Below are positions 50,670 to 62,508 of a DNA stretch of 64,000 bases, piece after piece (position 1 is the first letter of the stretch; each line of letters opens with the position of its first letter). Origin of the DNA: Elsinoe ampelina (taxonomy: Eukaryota). A program made the position numbers and the translations under genes. The DNA lies in NCBI GenBank assembly GCA_010093995.1, contig ML992508.1, positions 1,102,483-1,166,482 on the forward strand. The letters run 5' to 3'. The notes below the pieces were generated by a model that ran no database searches, was not told where the DNA came from, and saw nothing but the letters and a program-made list of their open reading frames with translations.

Positions 50670-53655
50670 ATGGCCGACAGAATCAATTCCGAGTATGTTG
50701 GTCTAGTGCAAGAAGTGTTCAATGCAAGTCAGGTCATAGCCGTAACCGTGGCGCAGACCGAGCGGTCTCCATTCTTGGGAGGCATTGGGACTAAGCTACA
50801 CCTCGCCGCTGTCGACGAGACTCTGCAGAGGGCACTTCTGTTACCGTCTTACGGTGGCGTTGTTCAATCGGCAATCATCGAGTTGAGCCGTATGGCTAAG
50901 GTGAGCAGATCTTCAGGCTCGTCATTGACCTGGCTGACAGCTTCCGCGGGCGCCCATCAAAGCTGGCACAGATCAAGCGCTCCCTCTGGAGTCATTACGG
51001 CGACTCGCGACCTGGATGAATGGCCACAACAGGGGTAGCATTGAGTTTCGCCGCGCCCTCGAACAATTCAATCGAGTCATTCCTGCTAGTCTAAGGGTCC
51101 GTTTCGATACCCCTTCAACTGACCTGGAGAGGTACTTGAATGCCATCAACCGTGCTACTCCAACCACAGACGATGTCATCGAGTCACAGGAAGTCCCTGC
51201 TGATCTTGAGGACTACGCAAATGATCTGAATGATCACCTCTTCCACCTTCTGCACGATCCTGCAGCATGCATTTGCACGATCCCGATACGTCGGACCGCG
51301 CACATATAGGATGTTTGCGATTGAAGACGACTCCAATTATATGGAAGGATCGAGTGGCATTTGATGTGATCCTGTCCGGCAAGCCTGCAGAAGGGAGTAA
51401 GGGCATGAACTGGGGGCATCGCCAACAACTACGTCTCATGCTGCCGAAGTATGGTGTACTATGTCATGAGGTATGGGCTGTTGACTCTAGTACAGAAAGA
51501 AGAAATCGGTAAAGAAAACCACCCGCTTCGCTCATACGGAGCCTCCTCATGATAACGGTTTGGATTTGGAAATCCCCGAGCTATCTTACTCGGGTCGAGC
51601 GGAGCACTTCTGCAACATTCTGAATGACAACAAAGGTCCCATTCTCATCTGCATTGAGGTTCAAGACAATCAATTCTTCGTCCTGGACGACCATGAAGAT
51701 GGACAGCCGATTGACCACAACGACACGGTATCCTTAACACAAGTCCTGCGGCACTACAGATTGTCCGCTAAAATGAAGCTAATACTGGCTTATACCCTGG
51801 CCCTAGCAGTCTGGCGATACTACCAGTCCGCTTGGATGAACAGGGAATGGTCCGTGGAGACGATACATTTCTTGAAGGAAGAATCTGGTACTTCACCGGG
51901 TTCCTGTGGCATATTTGCAAGCAGTCCTTGCTTCCTCATGAGTTACAACGAGACTGAAGATTGTATCCAGGAAGAGATAGAGGACAAGGTAATAGCTCAC
52001 AGATATCCTCGCCTGTTGGCATTAGGCAATCTGTTACTTGATCTTGGTAGATCTCGCCCGTTACCTGAGCAATCTACCCAGAAGGGGATCTCGATGGAGT
52101 GCCGCATCAACAATGATTCGGCTAGGGGAAATATCCTGCTCAAACGAGACGAGACCTGGCCCTAATTGGACGATAGTATGACAGACCAATCAGTTCGAGA
52201 CACATACCGGGAGGTTACAAAGAGATGTCTTGACAAACACTTCTTTGCTTCGCATGCGAGAGGCGACCGGGCAGCAGTGGTGGGCAAGCGCAAGTCCAGC
52301 TTGCCAGCCGGTAAGAAGGTCGTACAGAAGGCAGATAATGTGACCACTATTGAAGAGCGGCGGGAGATGATTTACAAGCTCATCGTAGGTCCGTTAAAAG
52401 AGCTGCTGAGTCGTACGGGCTGGTTAGCGCAACTGGAAGGCCTTGAAGCCGTGCGAGAGCGCACTTTGACTTCACAGGACACACCAGTTGCCCAAGTCAG
52501 CGCCCTGGAAGGAAACCCCTCTCCCTCTGAGGAAGCTCAATCACGGCTTCTAGAAGGTGGAAACCTGACAAAGTACGCATAACAGACTGGTCGTTGAGAT
52601 TTATCTGATCCGTCTCTTTAGCCCGGCGAGATGGCTGGAAAGGACCAAATTGTCGTACGCAGCGATGGTGAAAGGCCACATGCGGGAGTTCACATCATCG
52701 AATCCAGGCCATACAAAGGTCAAGATTGCTATCCTCGATACAGGATATGACCCTTTCAGCCCCGAATTCGTCCTTCGAGATCGACGCAAGCGCTTCAGCA
52801 AAAACCACTGGAAAGACTTTGCCGGCGACTCGCCCACTCCGATCGACGAGAACGGTCACGGCACACGAGTACAGTGGCTCATGATGCAAGTCGCCCCCTT
52901 CGTCGACATCTACGTAGCCCGCATCGCCCGCCATTGCAAGGACCTGGAGAACTCTCACTCAGCCATCGAAAAGGTTCACCCCTCCTTCCTTCCCCAAACC
53001 CACCCGCTGATCCTCCCAGGCAATCAAATGGGCCACCGAAGACTGCCAGGTCGACATCATCAGCATGTTCTTCGGCTTCGACGACGAAAACTACAGCGCA
53101 ACCGGCAATCCCATCCGACAAGCCATCGACAACGCCCGCGGCTCCCGCCCTGCCGGCAACATCCTCTTCTACGCCGCAGCAGGCAACGAAGGCGGAAACC
53201 AAACCAAGGTCATGTTTCCAGCAAAGCACGATCTCGTGACGCCCATCTATGGCACCCGCTCCACGGGCGAGTTCATGGACGGTCTCAACCCGATCCCACC
53301 CAGCGACGGACACGCCATCTTCGGGACCTACGCAGATGAAATCCCCTGCGCAGGCCGCCAGGACGAAGACGAGGCCAGAATGACAGGAACTTCTTTCGCG
53401 ACGGCCATTGCGGCTGGACTGGCGGGTATGCTACTGGAGTACATCCGAGTCATGGAGAGGAAGCATCAACAGAACTACGAGACATCGATGCCGTGGAGCA
53501 CACGGCTGGGCACGAAAGCAGGGATGGAGGCGCTGTTCAAGACGTTCTCGAAGACGCAGTATCAGAGGAGGTATTACCTCTACCCGCCGGCGTTTTTCCG
53601 GAGGTCGGAAGAAGAGAACCTCGCGCATGTGAAGACGGTGTATCACGCTTTGTAA
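50670..53655 (+). pseudogene. Intracellular subtilisin-like (S8) protease with long N-terminal region including a kinase-like fold (DUF7580-like); disabled
   Basis: Catalytic triad motifs AILDTG, DENGHGT and GTSFAT, plus AAAGNEG; no signal peptide. Introns at 50901-50940, ~51449-51494, ~52573-52621 and ~52974-53019. Frameshift near 51278 and in-frame TAA at 52163-52165. Confidence 0.85.
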
Positions 53656-53836
53656 GCAAAGGCAGGAAGAGTGGGAGGTGATGATAATGAGTAATGTCTG
53701 TATGAAAATCATGAATCTAGCGCACCACCCCGGCCATTCATGATTCTGGAAAAAGGGGGTGGAAGAATATGCATTCCCGACCTCTCATGTATTATGTACA
53801 AGCTCTACCCAATCCTGTCCTCCTCCTCTTATCCTC

Positions 53837-56800
53837 TTATCCTCTTTTCTCCATCTCCCCCAACACACTCCTCCCCCAATCATCACTCTGCTCCCTCGCG
53901 TGCCTTCCTCCCAGCGCCCCACCCAGGCCTCCTTGCCCACCTCCTCCACCCATCCCGGCAAACCCAGGATGAAACTCCCCACCTCCCAAAGTCCCAATAT
54001 CCACCGGCACAGGACTACTCATCTCACCCCCGCTCCCCCTCCCACTTTGCCGCCTGGCCTCGTCACGCACGAAACCATCCCCATCCCCCGTTCCATAACC
54101 ATACCCGTGACCGCCTCCCCTGTCCATCTCCCCCACAAGCCCAGGCGCATACCCCTCCTCCCCACCCCCGCTCAAATCCCCCCCAAACTCCCCCGTGGAA
54201 CCATACCCGTACCCATCCTCCAAACTCCGCCTCACGGGACTATCAAACGCATTCCCCTCTACAGGAGAGTACTCCATACTCGCGGCATTAGGCCCACTGC
54301 CCACCGTACCGATCGATGCATTCGCCACATGCAACCCCCTGCTCCGCGAAGGGGGCATGCGCTCCTGCGTCGGCGTCGCTTCGTTCCTGTCCGGCACGCC
54401 GACGAAGCCGCCGTCGAAACCACCGTCGAGATCCAAGTTGTGCGGTCGTTGGGCCAGTGTCCATTCCGGGTTTGGCGGGAGGGGTTTGTCGTCCCGGGGA
54501 AAGGCGGGGCCGGAGGGGCCGTCGTACATCGGCGGTTGTGCAGGGGGGTACTGGCCCGAGGGAGCGCGGACCGGGGTGTCGAGTTGGCTGTCGTCTGTCG
54601 CGTTGGTGGCGGCGCTTTCGCGGCGGTCGGAGGATGGGTCGGGCGAGTAGGGCATGTCGCTCACGGACTCGACGTGGCGGAGGGAGCTGCGGGTTGTGTT
54701 GGACGCGCGGGTGACGGAGCCGGGGGAGTTGCGGATGCCGATGCCGATTGCGGCGGAGCTGGCGTGGCGGGCGGATTGACCGGAGCCGGAGCCGCGGCGG
54801 CCGAGGGCGTCTTCAGGGGTGGCCGTGTCGACGCTGCCTTCGCCTTCGGGGTCGCGGATGGAAAATTGCGCAATGGTCTGCATTTTGCGGGACACCCAGG
54901 AGGCGAGGATCTTGCCGCGTTGTTTTTCGCCGAGGCGGGAGCGAGGGAAGTCGCCTTTAGAGACGAAGGCGACGATGTCGAGGACGAGTTGGTGCTCGTT
55001 GAGCACGGTGTTCACGATCACTGGAACGATGGAGGCGAGGTAGGCGCGAGTACGAGATTCGGCGATTAGGACGAGTAGGTTGCCGGCTTGGAAAATGGCG
55101 CTGGAAATGTTAGCTTCAATCATCACACCACAGATATAGTCCTTACCATCCACCAGGGACCAGCGCACGGTGGCACCTTTCTACGCTAGCTTCAACGTCG
55201 ATCGGGAAGTGCTGAAGCCCACACACATCGAACGTCTCACCAACACTACCAAGAACAAAAAGTACTTGCATCTCTACCATGTTGTTCCCAGGACCGATCG
55301 GCCGGCTGACGTTGTGCAAGAATCCAATATCTGCTGTTCGCACATAGCGCACATTCGGATCACCATCGATAGTGTGACCGTTGAAGCGCTCGTTGTCGAA
55401 TGGATCCTTGCTTCCGTAGAAGTTGTGGGCGTTGGCCTCGCTTTGTACCCAGATCTCTCCGATTTCTCCAACCAAACAGAGTCGATTCGTCTCTGGGTTG
55501 ACGATGCTAATCTGAGTCGACACAGGGACCATGCCGCTATCCTGTATCTGCAAAGCAAATTGCTCCGTATCCGGGTCGACCGGAACGACAAGACCTCGTC
55601 GTAAAGCAGAAGGGTCAAGATAGAGCTCAATCGGCTCAATGCACATGTACGATCTTGATGCGATCATTGGATTCAAGACGTGAGAGTAGATGGTGTTAAT
55701 GGCGGTACGGTCGAGGTTAACCGGCTGAAAGTGCGAACGGACTCGAGGATACACATCAAGTCGTGGTCGCTGTTCAGTTGAGATCATCAGGTTCTTGAGC
55801 TCATGAAGAGAGCTATGCTTGCCTGCGCCGTGAGCCATGGCATGGTCCAGCATCTGGGTCGTCGCGTAGGTGTCCTTGATCTTGTATCGGGCGAGCGTCT
55901 GGAACAGCAGATTCGGATTTGCAGCAAAGTCCACGGGTGAGACGAGGTATGTTGGTGAGGCAAGGAAGATTCCCATCATGCAGGTGTGGAGGAATCCAAG
56001 ACCCATAGTGGATCGCACGCATCCAAGTATTGGTCGACTCGAGGTCATCTGACAAGTCTCTTTCTGCACTTTGCACAAAGCCATCAAAGTGTTGTGCCCA
56101 AGCTGAACAGCTACTCGTCGCTGATCCGGCGTCCAGTACGTCCAAATCACCACAGGATATCCAGGCTGAACCCAAGCGGGGCGCATCGTCAGCCCAAGCT
56201 CTCGGCATCCATGAGATTGTTTCGATGGCTTGGTAGTATTGTAGATATTCGGAAGATTGACTTTGAGAATCAACGCCGACTGTTTGAGATGCTGCGAGAC
56301 CGTCTTCTGCTTCAGCAACTCATTGACATCTGCATTGACAATGATAGCCTTGATCCGAAAATCCGCAATGACATGTAGCAATGCCGGTGCGTCCTCGTTC
56401 AGGCGATTCGAGTCGACCGGTGCCATCGGTACAGCCACTACTCCAAGACACATACATGCATGAACCGCATACACAAAATCCTCGGAATGCGTATACATCA
56501 GCAGCACGTGGTCGCCAGGCTGCACTTTGGCCTTGTTCTTCAAGTATATCGCCACAGCAGCAACCTTGAGATCGAACTTCTTCCAATTAATCGCCTTGCC
56601 CTCTCTGCCTCTAGCATCGATAGCGCAGATGGCTGTCTCGTCTGCCTGCCGTGAGACCCGCCACTGCATCAGGTCGTGAATATTCGAAAATTGTGTAAGC
56701 GGCGTCGATGTCCGGTCATCTATCACCACTTCCCGATGATCGACGCCAGAGTACTGCTTGTCGTGCATGAAGAGGATCTCCTGCCGGATCTGCGATGCTA

Positions 56801-59525
56801 AAGGTGACCATATTCCGCCGATCGTGTCATCTCCGACTGGCAAGTTCTGTACAGCTCTTTCGACACCAAACTTGACATGTACACAAGGTAAATGGCCATT
56901 GTCAAAGTCTCTTCGGCAGAGCATGTTTCCGATCATCCTTCTCCCGTTCTTGACCACTCTTGGCAAAGTGTTTGGTGCAGTCATCATGATACAATATATC
57001 CGCAAGTGATGTTCTTTGTACAGGACATCCTCAACCAGTTCACTCAGAGAGTCCAGAAAGGGCACGTCCAGCTGCCGTGGTGGACCTCCTGCTGTCGTCG
57101 GTGCTGTAGACGCAGCTTGCGACTCTAGTAGTACAAATGGCAAGTACTCCCCATTGACATATGCATCAAATGCCGTGCAATCGTAGATCTTGGGCACCGT
57201 CTTCATGATACTGGTGACCAGATGTTGAACGAAAAAGTAGCGATGTTCGGGCTCCTGCTCGCCATTTTCGGACCATTCTACGCGTTGTCGGATGCGATCC
57301 TCATACAGGCCAAGCACGAAGATCTTGCCTTCGATGATGCAGCCCAGCAGACCCGTGCGCAGGAATTCCGGTTCTACCAAGACTGGTGTTGGATTTCCCT
57401 CCATAAATCGATATGGTCGCGCATGGAAGATACTTTCTGTATGTTTCGGTAATGCCCAGAAACCTCCAGAAAGCGATGGCGAATCTACCCAGATCTCTCC
57501 CACTGTGTATGGTGCGCAGAGAAGGCCAGTCTCCGGATCCACCAATGCGAGCGTTGCATCAGGGATTGGATATCCAAAAGCGCCGACTCTGACTAGATTG
57601 GGATCGGGCGCTCTCTTCCTTGCGTCTTCTCCCATTGCAATAACCACGACTTCATTAGTCTTCAACGACTCCTTGTCTAGTAACACTTCGCTAAGATCTG
57701 ACCTTCGAGATTGGCTGCGTTCTTTCCTACCGCGCTCATTGCCTGTCGCTCCAATAAGTGAGGTGTATCCATTCGCCGAGGTCGTCGGATCTGGACTGTT
57801 CGGCTTCGATGACTCGTTGCTGGCGTACCCGTCGAGGGTTAGTGGACATCCCATGCGCTCTTCTCCGCCTAACCAGTCTCGCACTGATATTACCATGCCT
57901 CCGTGTTCCGGTAGACATAGCATGGGCGCTACAAGCTCTCTCGCTCGGGTATTTCGCATCGGTCGCAGCCATCGATCAGCCAGGATTTCATGGAATTCAG
58001 GATCCACGGTGATTGTGTCAATCAAGCAGATCTTGACGCTGGAGAAGTTTGGCTCCATATTCTTCTTGAAATTTCTCGTGGCCATCGGGTCTTGTTGGTA
58101 GTTATACGCTGTCCGCTTCAAGCCGGGGTAATCGGCTACCATTACTGTCGTCCGGTATTTCGAGATCAAATGTGCGTACATGCCGGGGGTGTCTACGGTC
58201 TTGCTCTCGAGCCAGACGACTGTATGGCCACCGTAGACGGCAAAGAGGACGCCCCAGATCAGTCCAGCGCCTTCTCGAGGATCCAGATACGAGAGAATGA
58301 TCTCGCTCTTGCCGCGGGCTGGAACCACGTAGTTGCCTGTGTCGCCTCGCAGGTTGAGGGCGAACGAGTCGTTGCTGTCGTTGCCGGGTAATGTCGAGAC
58401 CATTGCACTGACGCAAGCCATTTGATGCATAATTGTGCGATGTGAGAGGACTACCCCTCGCAGGTCGCCCGTTGGCGCGCGAGAGAACTCGATGTACGCC
58501 AAGTCAGGCACATTCGAGTTGGCGTGTTCGTCCTTTTTCTTAGGATGATAAGTGCCAAACTCGTTGGTCTTCCACCATTCGACTCCTGTCGGCCATTTGA
58601 GCTTCTGATTGCTGATATCTCGGTGGAAGGCTTTGAGGTTGTTATCCGTCGTAAGAGCCAAGTGCGCCTGTGTGGTCTGCAAGAGCAGACTGAGCTTCTG
58701 ATAGTCTTCCACATTGTTGATGGGTACCGCAACTACGCCTGCCATGAAGCAACCCATCAAAGCGACTGCAAATTCGATGACCTCGACGTCGCGATACACC
58801 AATGCCACACGATCGCCTTGGTATAGATTACTTTTGTCCCGAATTACTTGTGCCACCTTCTCTGCTCGACTTGCGAGTTTCTCCCATGTAATTGATGCTG
58901 TCTCTTTTCCTTTCGAGTCTAATACCCAGTACGCCGGCTGTCGTGCATTTTGCTTACCCCGATGTCTCAGAACTGCGCCGATATGCTCGAACTTTGACAT
59001 TTGAGTCGTCCTGCTGTGCGGATCATATACATCGAAAGGGATTTCTCGAGGCTCCAAAGGTAGCTGGTGATTTGGCGCAACCGCTGGCATCTCCGCCACG
59101 CCGAAGAAAGGCGGTGGTATAGCTGCAGTCGGCGAGAAGGCTTCGCCTTGCGAGTATCTCTGCGGCCCTCCGTACGCTTCCGGTTGCTGCTGTCCGGCGA
59201 AATCATCGAACATGCCCTGCTGTGCGCTGAGCATTGTGCCTTTCCGATCACTAGCGTCCGGGGACTCCCACTCGCCAGGCGCATATTGTGACTCGGGGTT
59301 GAATGCATATCCAGATCCAGATCCGACCATTGTCCCAGATCCAGAGTCATGGTAGCTCCCTGGCGTTACCGGTCGCTGGGGATGACCTTGAAGTGTGCCG
59401 TTCCTGCCATAGTGCTCTTCCTGAAATCGTGATACAGGGCCTTGCAGATAGTCCTGCTGTGCGTAGTGACCGTTCGTACCCATGGCTCCCCGCTCTTGCT
59501 CAAATGAAGGATCTCGCGGGTCCAT
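53837..59525 (-). CDS. CPS1: CPS1/DIP2/Cmr2-type protein with tandem AMP-binding (fatty-acyl-AMP ligase-like) domains
   Basis: Motifs ITWEKLASRAEKVAQVI, AYIEFSRAPTGDLRGVVLSHRTI, GEIWVDSP, FLRTGLLG, a second adenylation domain (WTYWTPDQR, GEIWVQSE) and DFPRSRLGEKQRGKIL. One intron at 55146-55101. Confidence 0.93.
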
Positions 59526-60489
59526 GGTGCGCCGTCAAGTTCAAGAAGTCGAGATTATCTATACGACAGGTCCAGCCATGCCGGTGTGCTTCACGTGGTC
59601 TGATGGAGAAGTCTGCCTTTCCGAGGTCAAGTTGAAAAGTGACAGCTCTGCCCTGTAGCAAATGCGGCGCGTCCAAGAATTGCTCTGCGGTGTGCGGCGG
59701 TGCTGCGAGGACGTCCAGCGGGGATTAGGTACAGTCTCGCAGATGGTGCTCTACGATTGAGTGTGACCTATTCAGTGAGGGCGATCCCGACCTTTGTAAA
59801 TTATGTCGGCGCGCCCTGTCTGGCAAGGACAAGGTTTTCGATGGAGTAGGTCGTCGTTGGTTGCGCGAAGGTGCGGCGATCGACAGTGAATTGAGCCGCC
59901 AAAAGGAGCGTGAGATGGTGGGGTTTGATCGAATCAGGCTCGTGTCGCTTGAGCTTTTGTTGGATTGTCTTGAGCTGTTTAGTAGAACATCAGAGTCACT
60001 GTCGGTTTCGCTAACTCGACAACATGGCATGGTACGAGTAGAACTCTCGAGTTTCAGGTCCGTATTCGCGCATTATCCATGCTTTGCTCCCGGTCGTTTT
60101 CCCCACAAGCAGCAGTTCAAGGTTCAAGTGTCGAGTGACCTCATTTTGGCCCGTCAGAAAGGGTCTGTGCGGGCAATCGAGGGCCAGGAACAAGGAACGC
60201 AGCAGGGAAAAGTCAGTTTAACCACAGTCCGCAGTCATGGCCTTAGCTATTTTATATCACATGTTCACAGGTAAGTCAATTTTATATCACGTCCATTGAC
60301 AAGCATGAGAAGATGGTGTACAGTCTGGTAGTTCTTGATTGAGACATTGAGAGTTATATCTTCCTCTTCTATATATACAAAGTCTATCGAATCGAAATCG
60401 TAGCCCGCTCATTGGCTACTTGATGCTCGGAATGCAACAGGTCATTATTCTGCCGTGAGTCGCTATGAGTCTGGTAGAAAAAGATTAAG

Positions 60490-62508
60490 CTAGTAGGTGA
60501 ATGCCTCCTCGATGAAGTCGACCGATCCCGCCTGGACCTTGTCTCGAGCGGCGGCGCGTACGCTGTCAGCGAAGGCACCTGGACCACACACGGTGACACC
60601 CATGGCACCTACGCGGTCGACCATCTCCTTCTCGATGATCGTGACTGGGTTGCATCGTCCTGGGAACATTTGGACGGTTCCGGTATTGCTCCGGATCTCG
60701 TTCTGGTGGCGAGGCTTCGTGATGAAGAGTTGAATCCGCAATATATCCTTGCGATTCGGCATTCTGAGCACTTGATCCATCCAGGGACGCACCCATTCGA
60801 GTGCTTCAGTGTTCGGGAGTGACCAGACAAGTAGGATACGTCTGGTGGAGCATGTACCCTCGGCGTACTTGGTCAAAAGGTCCTTCATATAGGATAGGCA
60901 GTGAGTGATACCCACACCGCCAGCGAAGAGAAGGACTGTCCCGTATGAGTCTAGGGGCTCGTGGCCGCCATATGGACCCTCGATGCCGCCCCTGATCACC
61001 ATCTGACCTCTCGGACAAGCAGCGGCACGGTCGTACAACTTCTTGGTCATGCCAGTACGAGCACGAATGACAAGGCTGACAGAGGTGCTGGCATCCTTCT
61101 TGGGTACTGAGTGAAGGTCGACTTCGGTCTTGACCATCGTGGGTTCGAGTGGGGCCTTGAAGGTAGAGTCGCGGTTCATGACAGGACTGGTGATGCTGTA
61201 CGGCGGGAGCTTCTCAATGTCGAGCTCCATGGCAGGCATCTTGGTCGTTGTCTCGGCCCATGCAACAGAAAAAGGATGTGAGCTCCAGCCACTGATAGAA
61301 GGAAAGTAGACGTGGACGTGAGCACCAGGGACGAACGACCATGGTCGAGCGAGGTCAAAGGTGACACGGCAGGCCTCGGATGGTAGAGCCTCAACCGTAA
61401 CCCTAGTCATGCCGTTGCGGAAGCTAAGGTTGTAGTAGACAATGCGGTAAAGTCGGCAAGCCCACTCGCCGGCCCACATGGCAAAGGCGGCGCGCACATA
61501 GGGCAGCTGAGGGAGCTTGGCCTTCTCAATGTGGATGTAGACACCGATCAAGGCGACCAGGGCCAAGGCACGGTGCATGTTGATGAAGAACTCATAGAAG
61601 GCATGTCTGAGAGGAGACAGGGCGAGAATGACCATGGCGACGAAGACAACAGTCGCAACCATACCCCATCTGTAGCTGGTGCTGGTCTGAAGCGCAGTTG
61701 CGAAGGCGTGTTCGCCACCAGCGTTGACGACGTTGACGGCGAATGCAATCGTGTGTACCAGTGACTGAACCATGACCATTCGTGCGCACCATCGGTGGAA
61801 GAGATTGAACGTGTCGTATGACACGCGAAGAAGTGGGATAAGCGGGTTGTTGCGAAGCGCAAAGACGATGCAGGGGATGATGTTCAACGTGGCGAGCTCT
61901 CCGCTGCGACCACGAAGTTCGGCCCAGACAGACGCGCTCTGATCATGGTCCCAGTCGAGAACCAAGCAGTAGGCAATGTTTGTTGCCAGGTAGATGAAAA
62001 GCAAGATCGAGTGGAAGCGGCTGGGTAAGGTACCGATAGAGATGGCCGATGACAGCTGAATCTCCCTGTTGTGACGCTGGCGAAAAAGCGGGGCGTAGAG
62101 GATGTGACGCTTGATGGCAGGCCACCATGATGTCTGATTCTGTGCCCAGTATCTTTGTTGACCTTTATCACTGATTGTGAACAGGAAGCGCATGTGTGCA
62201 TTACCCATGCGAAGCCATCGAAAGATCAAGGTCGCCACAACCAGCCCAAGTAGCGAAAATCCTAAGAGGATGGCGAACAGGTAGTTTGCATGTTGATTCA
62301 CACCAGTCAGGCCGTGTGTGAAAGTAGCAGCAGCACTTGTGAGATTGCCTAGCAGACCATAGTTGTGTGCATTGTCCAGTTGGACATCGGCCGGGATGAG
62401 TCCAGGGTCCGTCTCTGCGAGTCGCGGCATGAGAGGCGACGATGTGTGGACATGGGAAGGGGATGCAGCTGCGGCGTCAAAATAGTGGTGGACATGGCGG
62501 AAGGACAT
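60490..62508 (-). CDS. Ferric (metallo)reductase transmembrane component, FRE family
   Basis: Motifs RNNPLIPLLRVSYDTFNLFHRW, RHAFYEFFINMH, SHPFS (FAD binding), IEGPYG, LFAGGVGIT (NADPH binding), VCGPGAFADSVR and FIEEAFTY*. The start could instead be the ATG at 62430. Confidence 0.94.
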   Translation of the reverse strand: MSFRHVHHYFDAAAASPSHVHTSSPLMPRLAETDPGLIPADVQLDNAHNYGLLGNLTSAAATFTHGLTGVNQHANYLFAILLGFSLLGLVVATLIFRWLRMGNAHMRFLFTISDKGQQRYWAQNQTSWWPAIKRHILYAPLFRQRHNREIQLSSAISIGTLPSRFHSILLFIYLATNIAYCLVLDWDHDQSASVWAELRGRSGELATLNIIPCIVFALRNNPLIPLLRVSYDTFNLFHRWCARMVMVQSLVHTIAFAVNVVNAGGEHAFATALQTSTSYRWGMVATVVFVAMVILALSPLRHAFYEFFINMHRALALVALIGVYIHIEKAKLPQLPYVRAAFAMWAGEWACRLYRIVYYNLSFRNGMTRVTVEALPSEACRVTFDLARPWSFVPGAHVHVYFPSISGWSSHPFSVAWAETTTKMPAMELDIEKLPPYSITSPVMNRDSTFKAPLEPTMVKTEVDLHSVPKKDASTSVSLVIRARTGMTKKLYDRAAACPRGQMVIRGGIEGPYGGHEPLDSYGTVLLFAGGVGITHCLSYMKDLLTKYAEGTCSTRRILLVWSLPNTEALEWVRPWMDQVLRMPNRKDILRIQLFITKPRHQNEIRSNTGTVQMFPGRCNPVTIIEKEMVDRVGAMGVTVCGPGAFADSVRAAARDKVQAGSVDFIEEAFTY

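Noticed and set aside
52163..52165. Programmed readthrough or A-to-I editing rescuing the protease stop
   Set aside because: TAA is the least leaky stop and would need double editing, and an upstream frameshift disables the gene independently.
53740..55069. Plus-strand 436-aa and 183-aa ORFs
   Set aside because: Antisense to the CPS1 last exon; they arise from extreme C/G skew that depletes stop codons.
53837..62508. Secondary-metabolite or siderophore cluster (adenylation enzyme plus ferric reductase)
   Set aside because: CPS1/DIP2 is a conserved lipid-related protein with no T or C domains, and no NRPS/PKS or tailoring genes are nearby.
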